DNA of 64,000 bases from a virus (lineage: Duplodnaviria; Caudoviricetes), in the IMG/VR virus record IMGVR_UViG_2974512537_000001, positions 1-64,000 of that record. One strand, written 5' to 3'. How positions within the stretch are numbered: the first letter of the stretch is position 1; every line of letters begins with the position of its first letter. Below, piece after piece: positions 18,386 through 28,199 of the stretch. Position numbers and translations under genes: made by a program. Below the pieces are notes generated by a model. It was not told the DNA's origin. It did no database searches and saw only the letters and a program-made list of their open reading frames with translations.

Positions 18386-18706
18386 TTATTTCCTCCAATC
18401 AACAGTTAAAAAGTGTTGTTCGCAAGGAATCCAAGCGGCCGGAAATAATTCGACCTTATAACCAAGTGATTTTAACCACTTTTTGATTTCCTTGTAGTTC
18501 TTCAACAGTAAATCTTCTGGCTCAAAATATCCTTGACAATCTTGGTTTTTGTAGACAGAAATTGTGACATCAAAACCAAAACCAGTCAGCGAAAGAATAT
18601 CTCTCATTACCTTTTGTTTATCATCGTCTAGGCTACCCAGATTGCTTTTAGTTGCTTTACTTCTAACAGATAATTCGTAAGCCTCTGCTTGTGTTAGCTC
18701 TCGCAT
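18386..18706 (-). CDS. hypothetical protein
   Basis: ATG at 18706 after AAGGAG; promoter at 18768. Confidence 0.8.
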   Translation of the reverse strand: MRELTQAEAYELSVRSKATKSNLGSLDDDKQKVMRDILSLTGFGFDVTISVYKNQDCQGYFEPEDLLLKNYKEIKKWLKSLGYKVELFPAAWIPCEQHFLTVDWRK

Positions 18707-18909
18707 TACTATCACTCCTTTTTTCTTATCACACTCTGTATTTTACCTGAATACATCGTCTATGTCAACCATTATTTAAAATAATCTTGATTTTTCATTC
18801 ATATTACCTCTTCCCTTTAATTTATGAATCAATTATACTGCGTATTCTACCAAATGTCAACACTTTTTAAAAAATGCAAAAATAAAAAAGAGCATTTCTG
18901 CTCTTAATT

Positions 18910-20652
18910 TTAGAAGATGAAGTTATCTTTATTAACCCCGACCTCAACACCATCACTTTTAACTAATTTCTCAACAGTCAATGTCGGAATCGGTCGTCCA
19001 GTCCAGAAATTAAACCCTGCCGAACAAATAAAACTAAAACATTTATCGCCGAAGCCAGACTCGACATATCGTTTGATTTCCTCATCAGCATTAAAGTCGT
19101 TAACTATAATATCCCCCAATGTGATTTTCAACCAATTATTCTTTAATGTGATATTTTGTTTCTCAACCTTTAGTCCAAGCACAGCTATAAGTGGCTCGTC
19201 TTTTGCGCCACGGAACGTTTTGGAACTTTGATAGATTGCTCTAATTTCTGCTACACTTGGCAATTCGTTAACTAACGCTTCATCAACACGATAAACATAA
19301 TCAGGAGCGTCATTGACGGCTATTCCAATCGCTTCTGAAACATCGTCAAACTGGTTAGCCTTAAAACCAACACCGAATGCCTGCTCATGACCTGCGGCGA
19401 AAGCATTAACGCCTTGTAACAGTTGCAATCCATTAATTGTCACTGGAAAGCGTCCAGAACCGTCTAGGCGCTCACCGTTGCGTTTTACTACCAATGTTGG
19501 TTGCTTAGTATTGCCGAGCATTTTGTTCGCGACTAAACCAGAAATCCCTTTGTCGTATTTCTTGTCTAATACAGCTACGTTGAAATCATCATTTCTGTTA
19601 GTGAGAAACTCAACGTCCCTTAGGGCCTTTTTAACAAGCCTATCTTGACGTCCTTTTACTTTATCCAGTGTTCGTTTTGCACGCTCGTATACGTCCATTT
19701 TGACGGTTTCTGTGTGGAATTTACCATCTTGTCCTTTATGACGAACACTCACGGGTTTTAATTCATCTTGGTCAATCAAAGCGTCAAAGATAAGTTCGCG
19801 GTCTTCGTGTTCACCAATTCGTGACACAGCATTGATACGGGGTATTAAACTAAATTGCAAGTGTTTAACCGTAAGAAGTTCTAGGTCATCTTCAAAGAAA
19901 GTCGTCAACATTTTGCTGTTCATATTCGCTAACCCTTTTTGAACAATTTCCCAAATGTCTTTATCGTCCAGATTACTCATATCTGCAATCTGTCCCAAGG
20001 CCGCCAAGTCATAATTAAGCTCAATATCGTACTTCTGCTTCCAGAGTTTAGTAACCAGTAATGCCATACCCGCACCAGTCAAGTTACGGTCTAATTCCGA
20101 ATCTTGATATTGATTGCTACAAATCAAGAACTTGTCGGGGTTATCCAATAGATACGATTCCTGTTCCAGAATATGATGGTCAATTACAATGCACTTTGTC
20201 CCATTCTTTTCCAGCTCTGCAATCGTGTGTAAATCGTTAGCTGAACTATCAGGCAAGAATAGATAATCATAATCTTTCTTGACCAAGTCAATGTTTGCTT
20301 TAATACCATGCAACTTAGCATTCGGAAGCAAAGTATCAATATCCAGCTTATTATTAATGGCTTTCAATGCCTTGTAAATAATTGCCGCAGAACAGAAACC
20401 ATCAACGTCCACGTCCACTAGGATAGCTGTTTTTAGGTCGTGTCCGTGCAAGTCATCGGCTATCTTGCCCAACTTGTCTTTGTATGGCAAATCCTCAACA
20501 TCAACAGAGCCATCGCTCGTGTTCCAGACGTTTTTCTTGCGGTATTCAATCGCTTGTTCAACAATATCGCCGACATTTTTAGGTATAATTTCAATATTGA
20601 AACCATCAATTTGGTCGTTTGCTAAATCTTCATCACTTTTTACAATTCTCAT
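18910..20652 (-). CDS. recJ: RecJ-like DHH single-stranded DNA exonuclease
   Basis: DVDVDG, DSS, VIDHH, GQIAD, PRINAVSR, GSGR and GHEQAFG motifs. Confidence 0.9.
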   Translation of the reverse strand: MRIVKSDEDLANDQIDGFNIEIIPKNVGDIVEQAIEYRKKNVWNTSDGSVDVEDLPYKDKLGKIADDLHGHDLKTAILVDVDVDGFCSAAIIYKALKAINNKLDIDTLLPNAKLHGIKANIDLVKKDYDYLFLPDSSANDLHTIAELEKNGTKCIVIDHHILEQESYLLDNPDKFLICSNQYQDSELDRNLTGAGMALLVTKLWKQKYDIELNYDLAALGQIADMSNLDDKDIWEIVQKGLANMNSKMLTTFFEDDLELLTVKHLQFSLIPRINAVSRIGEHEDRELIFDALIDQDELKPVSVRHKGQDGKFHTETVKMDVYERAKRTLDKVKGRQDRLVKKALRDVEFLTNRNDDFNVAVLDKKYDKGISGLVANKMLGNTKQPTLVVKRNGERLDGSGRFPVTINGLQLLQGVNAFAAGHEQAFGVGFKANQFDDVSEAIGIAVNDAPDYVYRVDEALVNELPSVAEIRAIYQSSKTFRGAKDEPLIAVLGLKVEKQNITLKNNWLKITLGDIIVNDFNADEEIKRYVESGFGDKCFSFICSAGFNFWTGRPIPTLTVEKLVKSDGVEVGVNKDNFIF

Positions 20653-21686
20653 AAACTCATTACCTTTCTAGTCTTCATTAGTTTTAAAAATGTTTCTTTC
20701 CCACAATCAGTGGGGCTGTCCTTGTAACCAAGTAAACCGTCCACATCATCAAAAATAACTGTCACGTTGAATCTAAGCAATAGTTTGCTAAACATCTTCA
20801 CAATCAAGTTGGCATGAATATTGTAGCCAACATCGTCTTTGTAGTCCTTATCAAGCCCGACAACTACTTCGTTGATGTCCAGCTTCATCAACTCGCTTAT
20901 CTGCCAATCAGAAATGCTTGACCCAGAAAGCGCTAAGCCATTACCGTGCCCGTTCATCATCGTATCTAACTGCATAACCGACTTTTCAGATTCAAAGATA
21001 ATCACCTGTTTTGTCCTCATGATTGTTTCCTTGTTCTGGAATAAACCATACCAGTTAAGGCTGGTCGGGAACGACAATGTCTTACCCCTAAATGTTACTG
21101 GCCGATACTTACCATACATTTCAACCTCATAATCATCTAAGCTTCGCCCACGAATCCCAATCAATTCACCATATTTATCGACTTGTGGGATTATCACTTT
21201 ATTATCAGGGATTGAGAACCGAATGCCGAACTTTGCTTGCGTTTCAGCACTAATCCCCTCATTCACCCAGCCCTCATAGGCATAATTGCTATAAGAACTT
21301 AAAATCTCAGCACTCAGCCTTTTTATGTCAGCAGAGCTTTTGTTCTCATGCCTCTTTTCAAGTTGCTTTGCTGGATTATATAGCTCCTGTGCCACAAAAC
21401 CAACTTGATGGCGCCTACCAACAATCATGTCAAGTTCATTCTGGGCTGTATGGTAATCGCAATTTTTGTAGTGCATAATTAATCCGACCAAGCTCATAGA
21501 ACCGCAACTTGAATAACAATAGAGATTAACGGAATCGTCATCATCAAAATAAGCATACAATTTAAAGTTACCACTCCCATCAGGGTGGTGGCAGTAAGTT
21601 CTCAATTGATAATTTCCGTTTCCCTCCCGATAATCAAGACCATAATAATCAATGACTTTGTTTAAATCACTCTTAAAATATTTCAT
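20649..21686 (-). CDS. dnaG: DNA primase (Zn-binding + TOPRIM)
   Basis: CHH...CYSSC; IFESEKSV; GLDKD. Confidence 0.85.
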   Translation of the reverse strand: MKYFKSDLNKVIDYYGLDYREGNGNYQLRTYCHHPDGSGNFKLYAYFDDDDSVNLYCYSSCGSMSLVGLIMHYKNCDYHTAQNELDMIVGRRHQVGFVAQELYNPAKQLEKRHENKSSADIKRLSAEILSSYSNYAYEGWVNEGISAETQAKFGIRFSIPDNKVIIPQVDKYGELIGIRGRSLDDYEVEMYGKYRPVTFRGKTLSFPTSLNWYGLFQNKETIMRTKQVIIFESEKSVMQLDTMMNGHGNGLALSGSSISDWQISELMKLDINEVVVGLDKDYKDDVGYNIHANLIVKMFSKLLLRFNVTVIFDDVDGLLGYKDSPTDCGKETFLKLMKTRKVMSL

Positions 21687-21697
21687 TTTTCATACCT

Positions 21698-23302
21698 CTA
21701 AAAGACTAAATCTTCATCGACACCGAACTTTCCATCACTACCAACTGTGATTTTAGTTCTCGGCACATCGACCAAGTTATAATTATAATCAGTCACGAAC
21801 AACGGATAGCTATATAGCGTACCTAGGTTTGTGTACGTCCAAATAACTACCGATTTCTTTCCAAGACGGTTCTTGTAGATAAAGTGTCCCATGTTTGGTT
21901 CTAAACCGTAAGGGTTAACGTCTGAATTATTAATCAGGTTTTCCAAATTCTTTAAGTCTTTTCCGTTTGCCTCTGCTGAAATTACGCCAACGTCAATCTT
22001 ATCAGCAATTGATTTGGAATCACGTAAGGCACGTTCTGTACGTGAGTATTCGTAATCCAGCTCACCAGATGGGCTAATCTGCGTTGCTGATTGAATAAAA
22101 ATATCGAGTTCCTTAGCCTTGGAACGAAGCTTGTCAGTCAAAGCTAACAAGATACGGTCGTCACGAATATCGCGTCCGCCGTAAAGTTCGGAACCAGTCC
22201 GCAATAGCTTAGGAACTGCTTGGATATAATCAAAGTTGACATATTTCACATCATAGTTAAAAACATATTCGTCAATAATTGACATGACATCGTCAATACT
22301 GAAATCTTGGATTTCCTTGAAGTGCATTGGCGAATCGTGCAAAACCTTAGCGGCATGAGCAATGGTCTTCTTGGTTATCGGGTCGTAGTTACCACGCCGA
22401 ATAACTTCTGGTGTTAAATTAGTGATTGCCGACAACAGAATCATTTGAATTTCATGTTTATCCAACTCTGTTGAGATAAATAAAGATGGCTCAACGTCAT
22501 CATTTTTAACCCACTTTTTAGTATGCCAATTGTATTGTTCTGTGATGGACACGTTAATCAGGTCTGTAAGCCCTAAACGGGTCTTCCCACCACCAGTTTT
22601 CATTGAACGCAAGAATAGCTTTCCGAGTTGCATACCACCCGTTAGAGAGTTCATGAAACCATCTTTAAAGCCGTAACCATATTGAGGGGCGTCATTGATA
22701 TGTTCAATAAAGTCCTCAATATCATCGCCAGCAGAGAAAGATGATGAATTATTTTGCCAATCTGAAACTTCATTTCTAATACCACTGACGATTTGAGTAA
22801 AGTGGTTGACAATGTCTTCCTCCGATAATTGACTAAGCCGTTTTTGTTGGTCTTCCAACAGCTTAACGTCCTCAGTGTGAATATCATAAATATCGCTAAT
22901 GTCGATACCTTTTTCTGCAAACTTACGAAGCACCGTCATCTTCTTTAGATAATGGTAGTTTGAGTTAAACGTACCAACGTTGGCGTTGTCTTTTGCCGAT
23001 TGAATGTAATCAATCCCCTTAGCAGAAGTAAAGATTGAATGATACTGTTCAAACTGCGTCAAGTACGTGTCAACGTCAATTGCTGATATTTCTTTTAAGT
23101 GTTGCGATTCTTTAATAATATTGTTGATTGCAAAGAAGATAATGCGGTGAACTTTGTTCTGAAAATCTTCTTTGTCCAAGCATACGTTATCTGAAAGTAA
23201 TTTTTCCGGGTTATTTAATAGGACACCCAAAACTCCAAAAATCTGGCTTTGTGGGATTAATGCCTTTAATTCGTTTTGGTTAATCAAATAAATCATCTCC
23301 AT
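21698..23302 (-). CDS. dnaB: DnaB-like replicative helicase (SPbeta YorI-like)
   Basis: GGGKTR Walker A, FISTE, FDYIQ, KSIADKID. Confidence 0.85.
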   Translation of the reverse strand: MEMIYLINQNELKALIPQSQIFGVLGVLLNNPEKLLSDNVCLDKEDFQNKVHRIIFFAINNIIKESQHLKEISAIDVDTYLTQFEQYHSIFTSAKGIDYIQSAKDNANVGTFNSNYHYLKKMTVLRKFAEKGIDISDIYDIHTEDVKLLEDQQKRLSQLSEEDIVNHFTQIVSGIRNEVSDWQNNSSSFSAGDDIEDFIEHINDAPQYGYGFKDGFMNSLTGGMQLGKLFLRSMKTGGGKTRLGLTDLINVSITEQYNWHTKKWVKNDDVEPSLFISTELDKHEIQMILLSAITNLTPEVIRRGNYDPITKKTIAHAAKVLHDSPMHFKEIQDFSIDDVMSIIDEYVFNYDVKYVNFDYIQAVPKLLRTGSELYGGRDIRDDRILLALTDKLRSKAKELDIFIQSATQISPSGELDYEYSRTERALRDSKSIADKIDVGVISAEANGKDLKNLENLINNSDVNPYGLEPNMGHFIYKNRLGKKSVVIWTYTNLGTLYSYPLFVTDYNYNLVDVPRTKITVGSDGKFGVDEDLVF

Positions 23303-23753
23303 TTATTTCCTTGATTTGCTTATGTCTGCGTTCTGGCTTAGCTATTACTACGACCGCTTCTCTCCCAGTTGCTTGATTGTCATTCTTGCTATCCTCTTTA
23401 TAGCTAGAACAACTGTCATAGTAATGCTTAATTAGGCCAATTCCGTATTTTCTTTCAAATACAATTCCTTTTTCCTTTTTAAGCCACGTTGCCGTGCGAT
23501 ACATGCCCTCATATGTCATACCAATTTTACGATATTTCTTGATTTGGTTCTCAACAATCGCTGGAAGATAAGGACTGCCCTTATAATCTCCTAGCAATAA
23601 TATTGTGAGTGACGTCCTGAACTCATAATCACTCATCACTTCATTTAAACATTTATCACAATAGTTTTTGCCGTGAAACTCTGTTAATTCGTCTTTAGGG
23701 TGTTTAATTCCTTGCTTGTAGCAATTAGGCCCGTAGCAAGTTATTAATCTCAT
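23280..23753 (-). CDS. Zn-finger replication-associated protein (SPbeta YorH-like position)
   Basis: CYGPNC...YCDKC, immediately upstream of the helicase. Confidence 0.6.
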   Translation of the reverse strand: MRLITCYGPNCYKQGIKHPKDELTEFHGKNYCDKCLNEVMSDYEFRTSLTILLLGDYKGSPYLPAIVENQIKKYRKIGMTYEGMYRTATWLKKEKGIVFERKYGIGLIKHYYDSCSSYKEDSKNDNQATGREAVVVIAKPERRHKQIKEINGDDLFD

Positions 23754-23837
23754 GTACCATCAATCCTTTCTTTTACTATACAAGTATTATAACACAAAAA
23801 AACACGCCTTGCAAGCGTGTTTTCAAACTTTTTAATT

Positions 23838-24038
23838 CTATTCGTCTGATGATGGTGAACAGAAAATCATTGGAGCCACAATCGACAGGATATAACCAGT
23901 GACTCCAGCTCGGAGTGCTAGAGCAAGCGAAACATTAAAGCCCCATAATGCGCCAAGAACTGCCGCTACGATACCGTAGAATACTACCATCAATGCCGCT
24001 ACCAATAAGAAAGTCAAAATATTAATTAAAGTGTCCAT
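23838..24038 (-). CDS. small membrane protein
   Basis: Two hydrophobic segments. Confidence 0.7.
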   Translation of the reverse strand: MDTLINILTFLLVAALMVVFYGIVAAVLGALWGFNVSLALALRAGVTGYILSIVAPMIFCSPSSDE

Positions 24039-24745
24039 TATTTTAAAACTCCTCGCTTCTCTCGTGTATTTTTAATTTCGTCAAATTCTGAATCAGTCAA
24101 GTAACCTAAATCAACTAACGTTTTTTCAATCGTGTCTAAAACAATAATCCTATCTTCGGTGCTGTTCACAAAGTCGTACTTGTTTCTGTCGATTCTAACA
24201 ATTGGTGCTTCGCTGTAAGAATCAGCCCAGTTCTTAAAACCATCATTAATTGAGTGGTAGTATTCAATCAGTGCCGGGTCAGTCGTTTCCATTGTACGAT
24301 TGCGTTCTAAGATACTCTTAATCTCATTCTCTGGGGAAATATCTAAGAACACATATAAGTCTGGATAATGTCCTTTTGGTTCCGCACTAACTGAATCTAA
24401 CATGTGGCGCAATAACTTCAAATATAAGAAATATTCTTGGTCTGTCGTTTCGCCACGGTCGTGAATAACTTTGTAGACAATCGAATCCGCAACCAAATTG
24501 GAGTCCATGACAGCACGGTCTTGCACGACAGCTTCTCGTAGTTGTGAGAAACGTTCATCGAGCCATGCGATTTGCAAAGGAAAACCATACTTCTTACGAG
24601 TTTCTTTACCACCAGAATAATAATCCTTTAGAATCGGAATAGCATATGGGTCTTCCAAATATTTTTTTGCACTCAAATCTTCGCCTAAAATTTTTACCAA
24701 CGAGCTCTTTCCAGCCCCGAATGCGGCCATAATATTGATTAACAA
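24038..24745 (-). CDS. deoxynucleoside kinase (dNK family)
   Basis: AAFGAGKSS P-loop, LQIAWLDERF, DSNLVADSI, YVFLDIS. Confidence 0.9.
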   Translation of the reverse strand: MLINIMAAFGAGKSSLVKILGEDLSAKKYLEDPYAIPILKDYYSGGKETRKKYGFPLQIAWLDERFSQLREAVVQDRAVMDSNLVADSIVYKVIHDRGETTDQEYFLYLKLLRHMLDSVSAEPKGHYPDLYVFLDISPENEIKSILERNRTMETTDPALIEYYHSINDGFKNWADSYSEAPIVRIDRNKYDFVNSTEDRIIVLDTIEKTLVDLGYLTDSEFDEIKNTREKRGVLK

Positions 24746-24763
24746 ATTGATTCCCTGTCCTTT

Positions 24764-25261
24764 CTATTTTCTGATTGAGATTTCCAAATTAACAAACTTA
24801 TCATTACTGCACGTGTTAAAGAACTTCATCAATTGCTTCTTAGAATAGCAAACAGGCTGGTCAGTGCAAACAATAAAGTTTAGTGAATTAATATATGCCG
24901 GAACGCCATCTAAGGTTAAACGACACGTATCACTATCTTGTACAGCCTCATCAACATACATGGCAATCTGCTGACCATCGTAATAACGTTGTTTGAATTG
25001 AAGCATACGGTCAAAACCATCTTGTTTTCTTAATGACTGTTCAAATTGCTTCCAGCGTTCAGCATACTGGGTAATTTTGTCAAGTTCTAAAATAATATCA
25101 TCTTTGCGTCCAGCTCTGGTAGCGTACTTCATAACGTTAAAACGGTAAGCGCCACGCATTTCGTCTTCTGGTAAGATATGTTCAAGGTGCGACAACAAGT
25201 CCTGACCATCTTTTTGATAGTGTGCTGGAACCGCACTTTCATTACTGAATTTTAATTTCAT
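24764..25261 (-). CDS. DUF3310-like domain protein
   Basis: PAHY...GAYRFNVMKYATRAGRKD...ELDKITQY. Confidence 0.75.
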   Translation of the reverse strand: MKLKFSNESAVPAHYQKDGQDLLSHLEHILPEDEMRGAYRFNVMKYATRAGRKDDIILELDKITQYAERWKQFEQSLRKQDGFDRMLQFKQRYYDGQQIAMYVDEAVQDSDTCRLTLDGVPAYINSLNFIVCTDQPVCYSKKQLMKFFNTCSNDKFVNLEISIRK

Positions 25262-25526
25262 AATCGTCCAACCCCATTTCTTTAGTTTGTCCATCTTCTT
25301 TAAATCCCTCTAGCGCAATTGCTTTACCACTACCATAGATAGTTGTCACTCGTTCGTAGCCCTCATCGACCAATTGCTTCGATAATACTATGGATAAAAT
25401 TGAAGTTTTATTCAGAATTACATCTTGTCCCTCTATCTTAAAAAGCGACATAAAGTATTCAAGACGGTTTGAATCAGCTTCTAATTCCTCATATTCGTCT
25501 GGACTCATAATGATTCGCTTTTCCAT
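25242..25526 (-). CDS. hypothetical protein
   Basis: ORF with RBS and divergent promoter. Confidence 0.75.
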   Translation of the reverse strand: MEKRIIMSPDEYEELEADSNRLEYFMSLFKIEGQDVILNKTSILSIVLSKQLVDEGYERVTTIYGSGKAIALEGFKEDGQTKEMGLDDYEIKIQ

Positions 25527-25693
25527 CGCTATTTCCTCCTTTTTTGAATGTGACTATATAATAGCATGATTCTAACACAAAGTCAATAGTAAATTGCAAA
25601 AAAAGATAAAAATATTTTTTAGTTGACAAGAAAAGACCGTTGTGATAAGGTGATACCGTAGCGCAAAAAAGTTTAAAAAGCTAGTAAAAACTC

Positions 25694-25722
25694 TTGACAA
25701 ACTTGAAAAAATGTGCTATTGT
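25694..25722 (+). promoter_or_regulatory. sigma-A promoter of the large ncRNA
   Basis: TTGACA-17-TATTGT with extended TG; a second tandem promoter at 25623. Confidence 0.8.
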
Positions 25723-25729
25723 ATAGACA

Positions 25730-26290
25730 TAAAATAAATGAAAACTTAATAAGCACCAGATATTCAGCGCAGAAAACCTACTGCGTTACTAACAAATAGG
25801 TAAGTGCCGGTATTGCTTTAGGAGATTTGAAGTAATACTGGTTGCGTCAAGGGGTAAAATTTCCGAAGCCTCTAATCGTATGATGAAAGCTAAGTCCTTA
25901 TGAAATGGATATGCTAAAGACGGAATGGAAAAGGGTCAGGGTTCGGCTGGCTTGTACGCAAATAGGCTCTGGTAGATATGAGTTCTACGAAGTTTCCTAC
26001 TAATCGGCAACAGCACTTAACTCACTCTGTAAGGCAAACTAGAATAATGCGAAAGCTAAGCTACTTGGACAGATGACGTAGTAGTAGAAAGCTAGTGATT
26101 AGTTGAAATACTAATCAAGGATAAATCTCCCGTGAGGCGACACTATCAGCGTTGCGAACAACTCACAGTCTTTTGTTTCTTAGTCAGTGTATTAGTCTAC
26201 ACTTTTTACATGAGCTAAGGCAAAGGACTGTTCAGCTCAACAAATCGCATTACAAACAGCGGTGAATCATAACTTGTTCTAACTAGAAAT
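25730..26290 (+). ncRNA. large structured ncRNA, probable ROOL RNA
   Basis: ORF-free; stems 25767-25786, 25807-25841 (12 bp), 25755-60/25968-73, 26097-26116, 26165-26231; size and motif order resemble ROOL as recalled, not searched. Confidence 0.7.
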
Positions 26291-26339
26291 TACATCAAAC
26301 AAATCAAACAACGTCAATCTAAATATTAATTGGTTTTGG

Positions 26340-26560
26340 GTTTTCGGGTTGGTGACACATATGTGTGTGTCACAGTTGGTGCTGGACTAATAACGCTTAT
26401 CATATACTAGCGTGACGTAGCCCGAAACACATTTTGAAAGCTGACTCTACGGCAGGAACGCTATTCAGTTGACATACACCAGACATGAGCGGTTTCTAAG
26501 CGAAAGCGTAGTGTACAATACTTAATAGAAAAGACACATGATTTTTAATACAATATGATA
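26340..26560 (+). ncRNA. additional multibranch structured RNA element downstream of the ROOL-like RNA
   Basis: TTTCGGGTT/AGCCCGAAA closing stem enclosing GTGACACA/TGTGTCAC and ACGCT/AGCGT hairpins. Confidence 0.4.
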
Positions 26561-26570
26561 CATAACTAAC

Positions 26571-26625
26571 CAGCATATCCATAGATACGAATATACAATC
26601 GTATTTTAAGGTATGCTGTTTTTTT
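26571..26625 (+). terminator. intrinsic terminator of the ncRNA unit
   Basis: CAGCATATC...GGTATGCTG followed by T7. Confidence 0.75.
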
Positions 26626-26724
26626 ATTATCACCTCAATAACATATTAACAGTAAAAAACACTTGCAATCTTATTTATTTTGTGCTACAATATATAATAT
26701 AGAAACGCAATAAATGATAAAGGA

Positions 26725-26916
26725 GTGATTATCTTGTTTTCTGTTGGTGATTTTGTTAAAGTTAAAAATACAGATATTTATGGAGTTGTAGTCGCACTAA
26801 TCAATGTATTCGATGTAGCTCAACATACAGACGATATGTTGGCTATTTCTATTACTGGTTCCACCGAAACAAAGTTATTTAATCGAAGCAGTGTAGAAAA
26901 AATCTTACCAGAATAA
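26725..26916 (+). CDS. small hypothetical protein (SH3/KOW-like)
   Basis: FSVGDFVKVK..GVVV pattern; promoter and RBS. Confidence 0.7.
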   Translation: MIILFSVGDFVKVKNTDIYGVVVALINVFDVAQHTDDMLAISITGSTETKLFNRSSVEKILPE

Positions 26917-26988
26917 TTTAAAAAATCTTGACATAAAAGTCACTTTTTGTTATAATGTATTTATAAATGATAAGGAGTTGGAAATTCA

Positions 26989-27231
26989 ATGAGAGAAATT
27001 AAGAATAATACTGTCAACATTGGTGGCAGAGAATTGTGTTTATCAGATTTGTGCCAGGTAGTATCAGTTAGTGATGATATGCCGCTTCTTATCACGCAAT
27101 GGTTCGACTTTATCGGAAGCCGTGATGAATGCTGGGATATGGTTAATACTACCGATGTTGTTCCACAGAAAGGTTCTCATCTGTCTGTCGTGACAAGTAA
27201 ATGGAGTACGGTAGAACGGGAGGATTGGTAA
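26989..27231 (+). CDS. hypothetical protein
   Basis: TTGACA-17-TATAAT promoter, AAGGAG RBS. Confidence 0.8.
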   Translation: MREIKNNTVNIGGRELCLSDLCQVVSVSDDMPLLITQWFDFIGSRDECWDMVNTTDVVPQKGSHLSVVTSKWSTVEREDW

Positions 27232-27232
27232 T

Positions 27233-27667
27233 TTGGGTTTACAACATTATGGTAATAAAATTAAAGAAAATGGTATTACGTTTGATTCTCAAAAAGAATA
27301 TGATTTCTATGATAGGTTTTTGAGGAACTCTGATGTTGAATCAATCACTATACATGAGAAGTTTAATTTATTAGAAAAGAACGTTATTAACGACAAAATC
27401 ACATTGCGTGGCATTACCTACCGACCAGATTTCGTGGTACGAGATAAAGGAATTATTAAACACGTATATGACGTAAAGAACGGATTCACACCTTATGCGA
27501 TTGACCGTGGAGCAGGAATTGTATTCAAACTATTCGCCAAGCAATATGGTATTCCTGTTGAAGTCGTTGTTGTAAGGAAACATGATTTTAAAACAAAGGT
27601 TCTTGGTACAACTAAAAAATATGATATTAAGATTCACGAAAATATAAAATACGACTGGAGCGAATAA
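27233..27667 (+). CDS. DUF1064-like PD-(D/E)xK endonuclease
   Basis: GITFDSQKE...ITYRPDF...DVKNG. Confidence 0.75.
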   Translation: MGLQHYGNKIKENGITFDSQKEYDFYDRFLRNSDVESITIHEKFNLLEKNVINDKITLRGITYRPDFVVRDKGIIKHVYDVKNGFTPYAIDRGAGIVFKLFAKQYGIPVEVVVVRKHDFKTKVLGTTKKYDIKIHENIKYDWSE

Positions 27668-27669
27668 AA

Positions 27670-27987
27670 ATGTTTAGACGATTTGAAGGGGCGTTAAACG
27701 GCGTCACTTTATTTGACTTAAAAAAGATTTTCTTTGAAAACTACTATGACCAAACGCACAATGCAGAACAGCGTGTTGCAGACTGCAAAAAGTTCCTTGA
27801 AGAACAAAGCAATGGATTTTTCGGTGAATATTTCAGCTCTCAATTCTTAGTGTCTACCCCTAAAGACCAAGTTGAGTCTGAAAACGACAATGTTTCTCAC
27901 TTCCTAGAGGTTGTAGCGACCTACGTTATCTTAGGTGATAGTGAAGATTATCCTTTGGATAAAGAATTATTTGCAAGAAATTTGTAA
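27670..27987 (+). CDS. hypothetical protein
   Basis: ORF in operon. Confidence 0.75.
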   Translation: MFRRFEGALNGVTLFDLKKIFFENYYDQTHNAEQRVADCKKFLEEQSNGFFGEYFSSQFLVSTPKDQVESENDNVSHFLEVVATYVILGDSEDYPLDKELFARNL

Positions 27988-28199
27988 AAATGGTTGACTT
28001 TTTAATAAGAAAGTGTTAATATATAATCGTAATAAGATAAATATAAGGAGTGATAATGATGGTTAAAGAACCTGTTGCTTAAAAGCTGGATAATCGGTTA
28101 GTCGAAAAATAAATTTAAAAAGTGCTTGACTTATGTTTTAATCAATGTTATAATTATGAAGTAAAGTTGAATAAGAAAAAATATTGGGAGGAATTTTAT

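Noticed and set aside
25730-26625. tRNA cluster or GOLLD RNA
   Set aside because: No cloverleaf or T-loop GTTCGA-type motif found by eye; motif order fits ROOL better as recalled. A covariance search is needed to exclude GOLLD formally.
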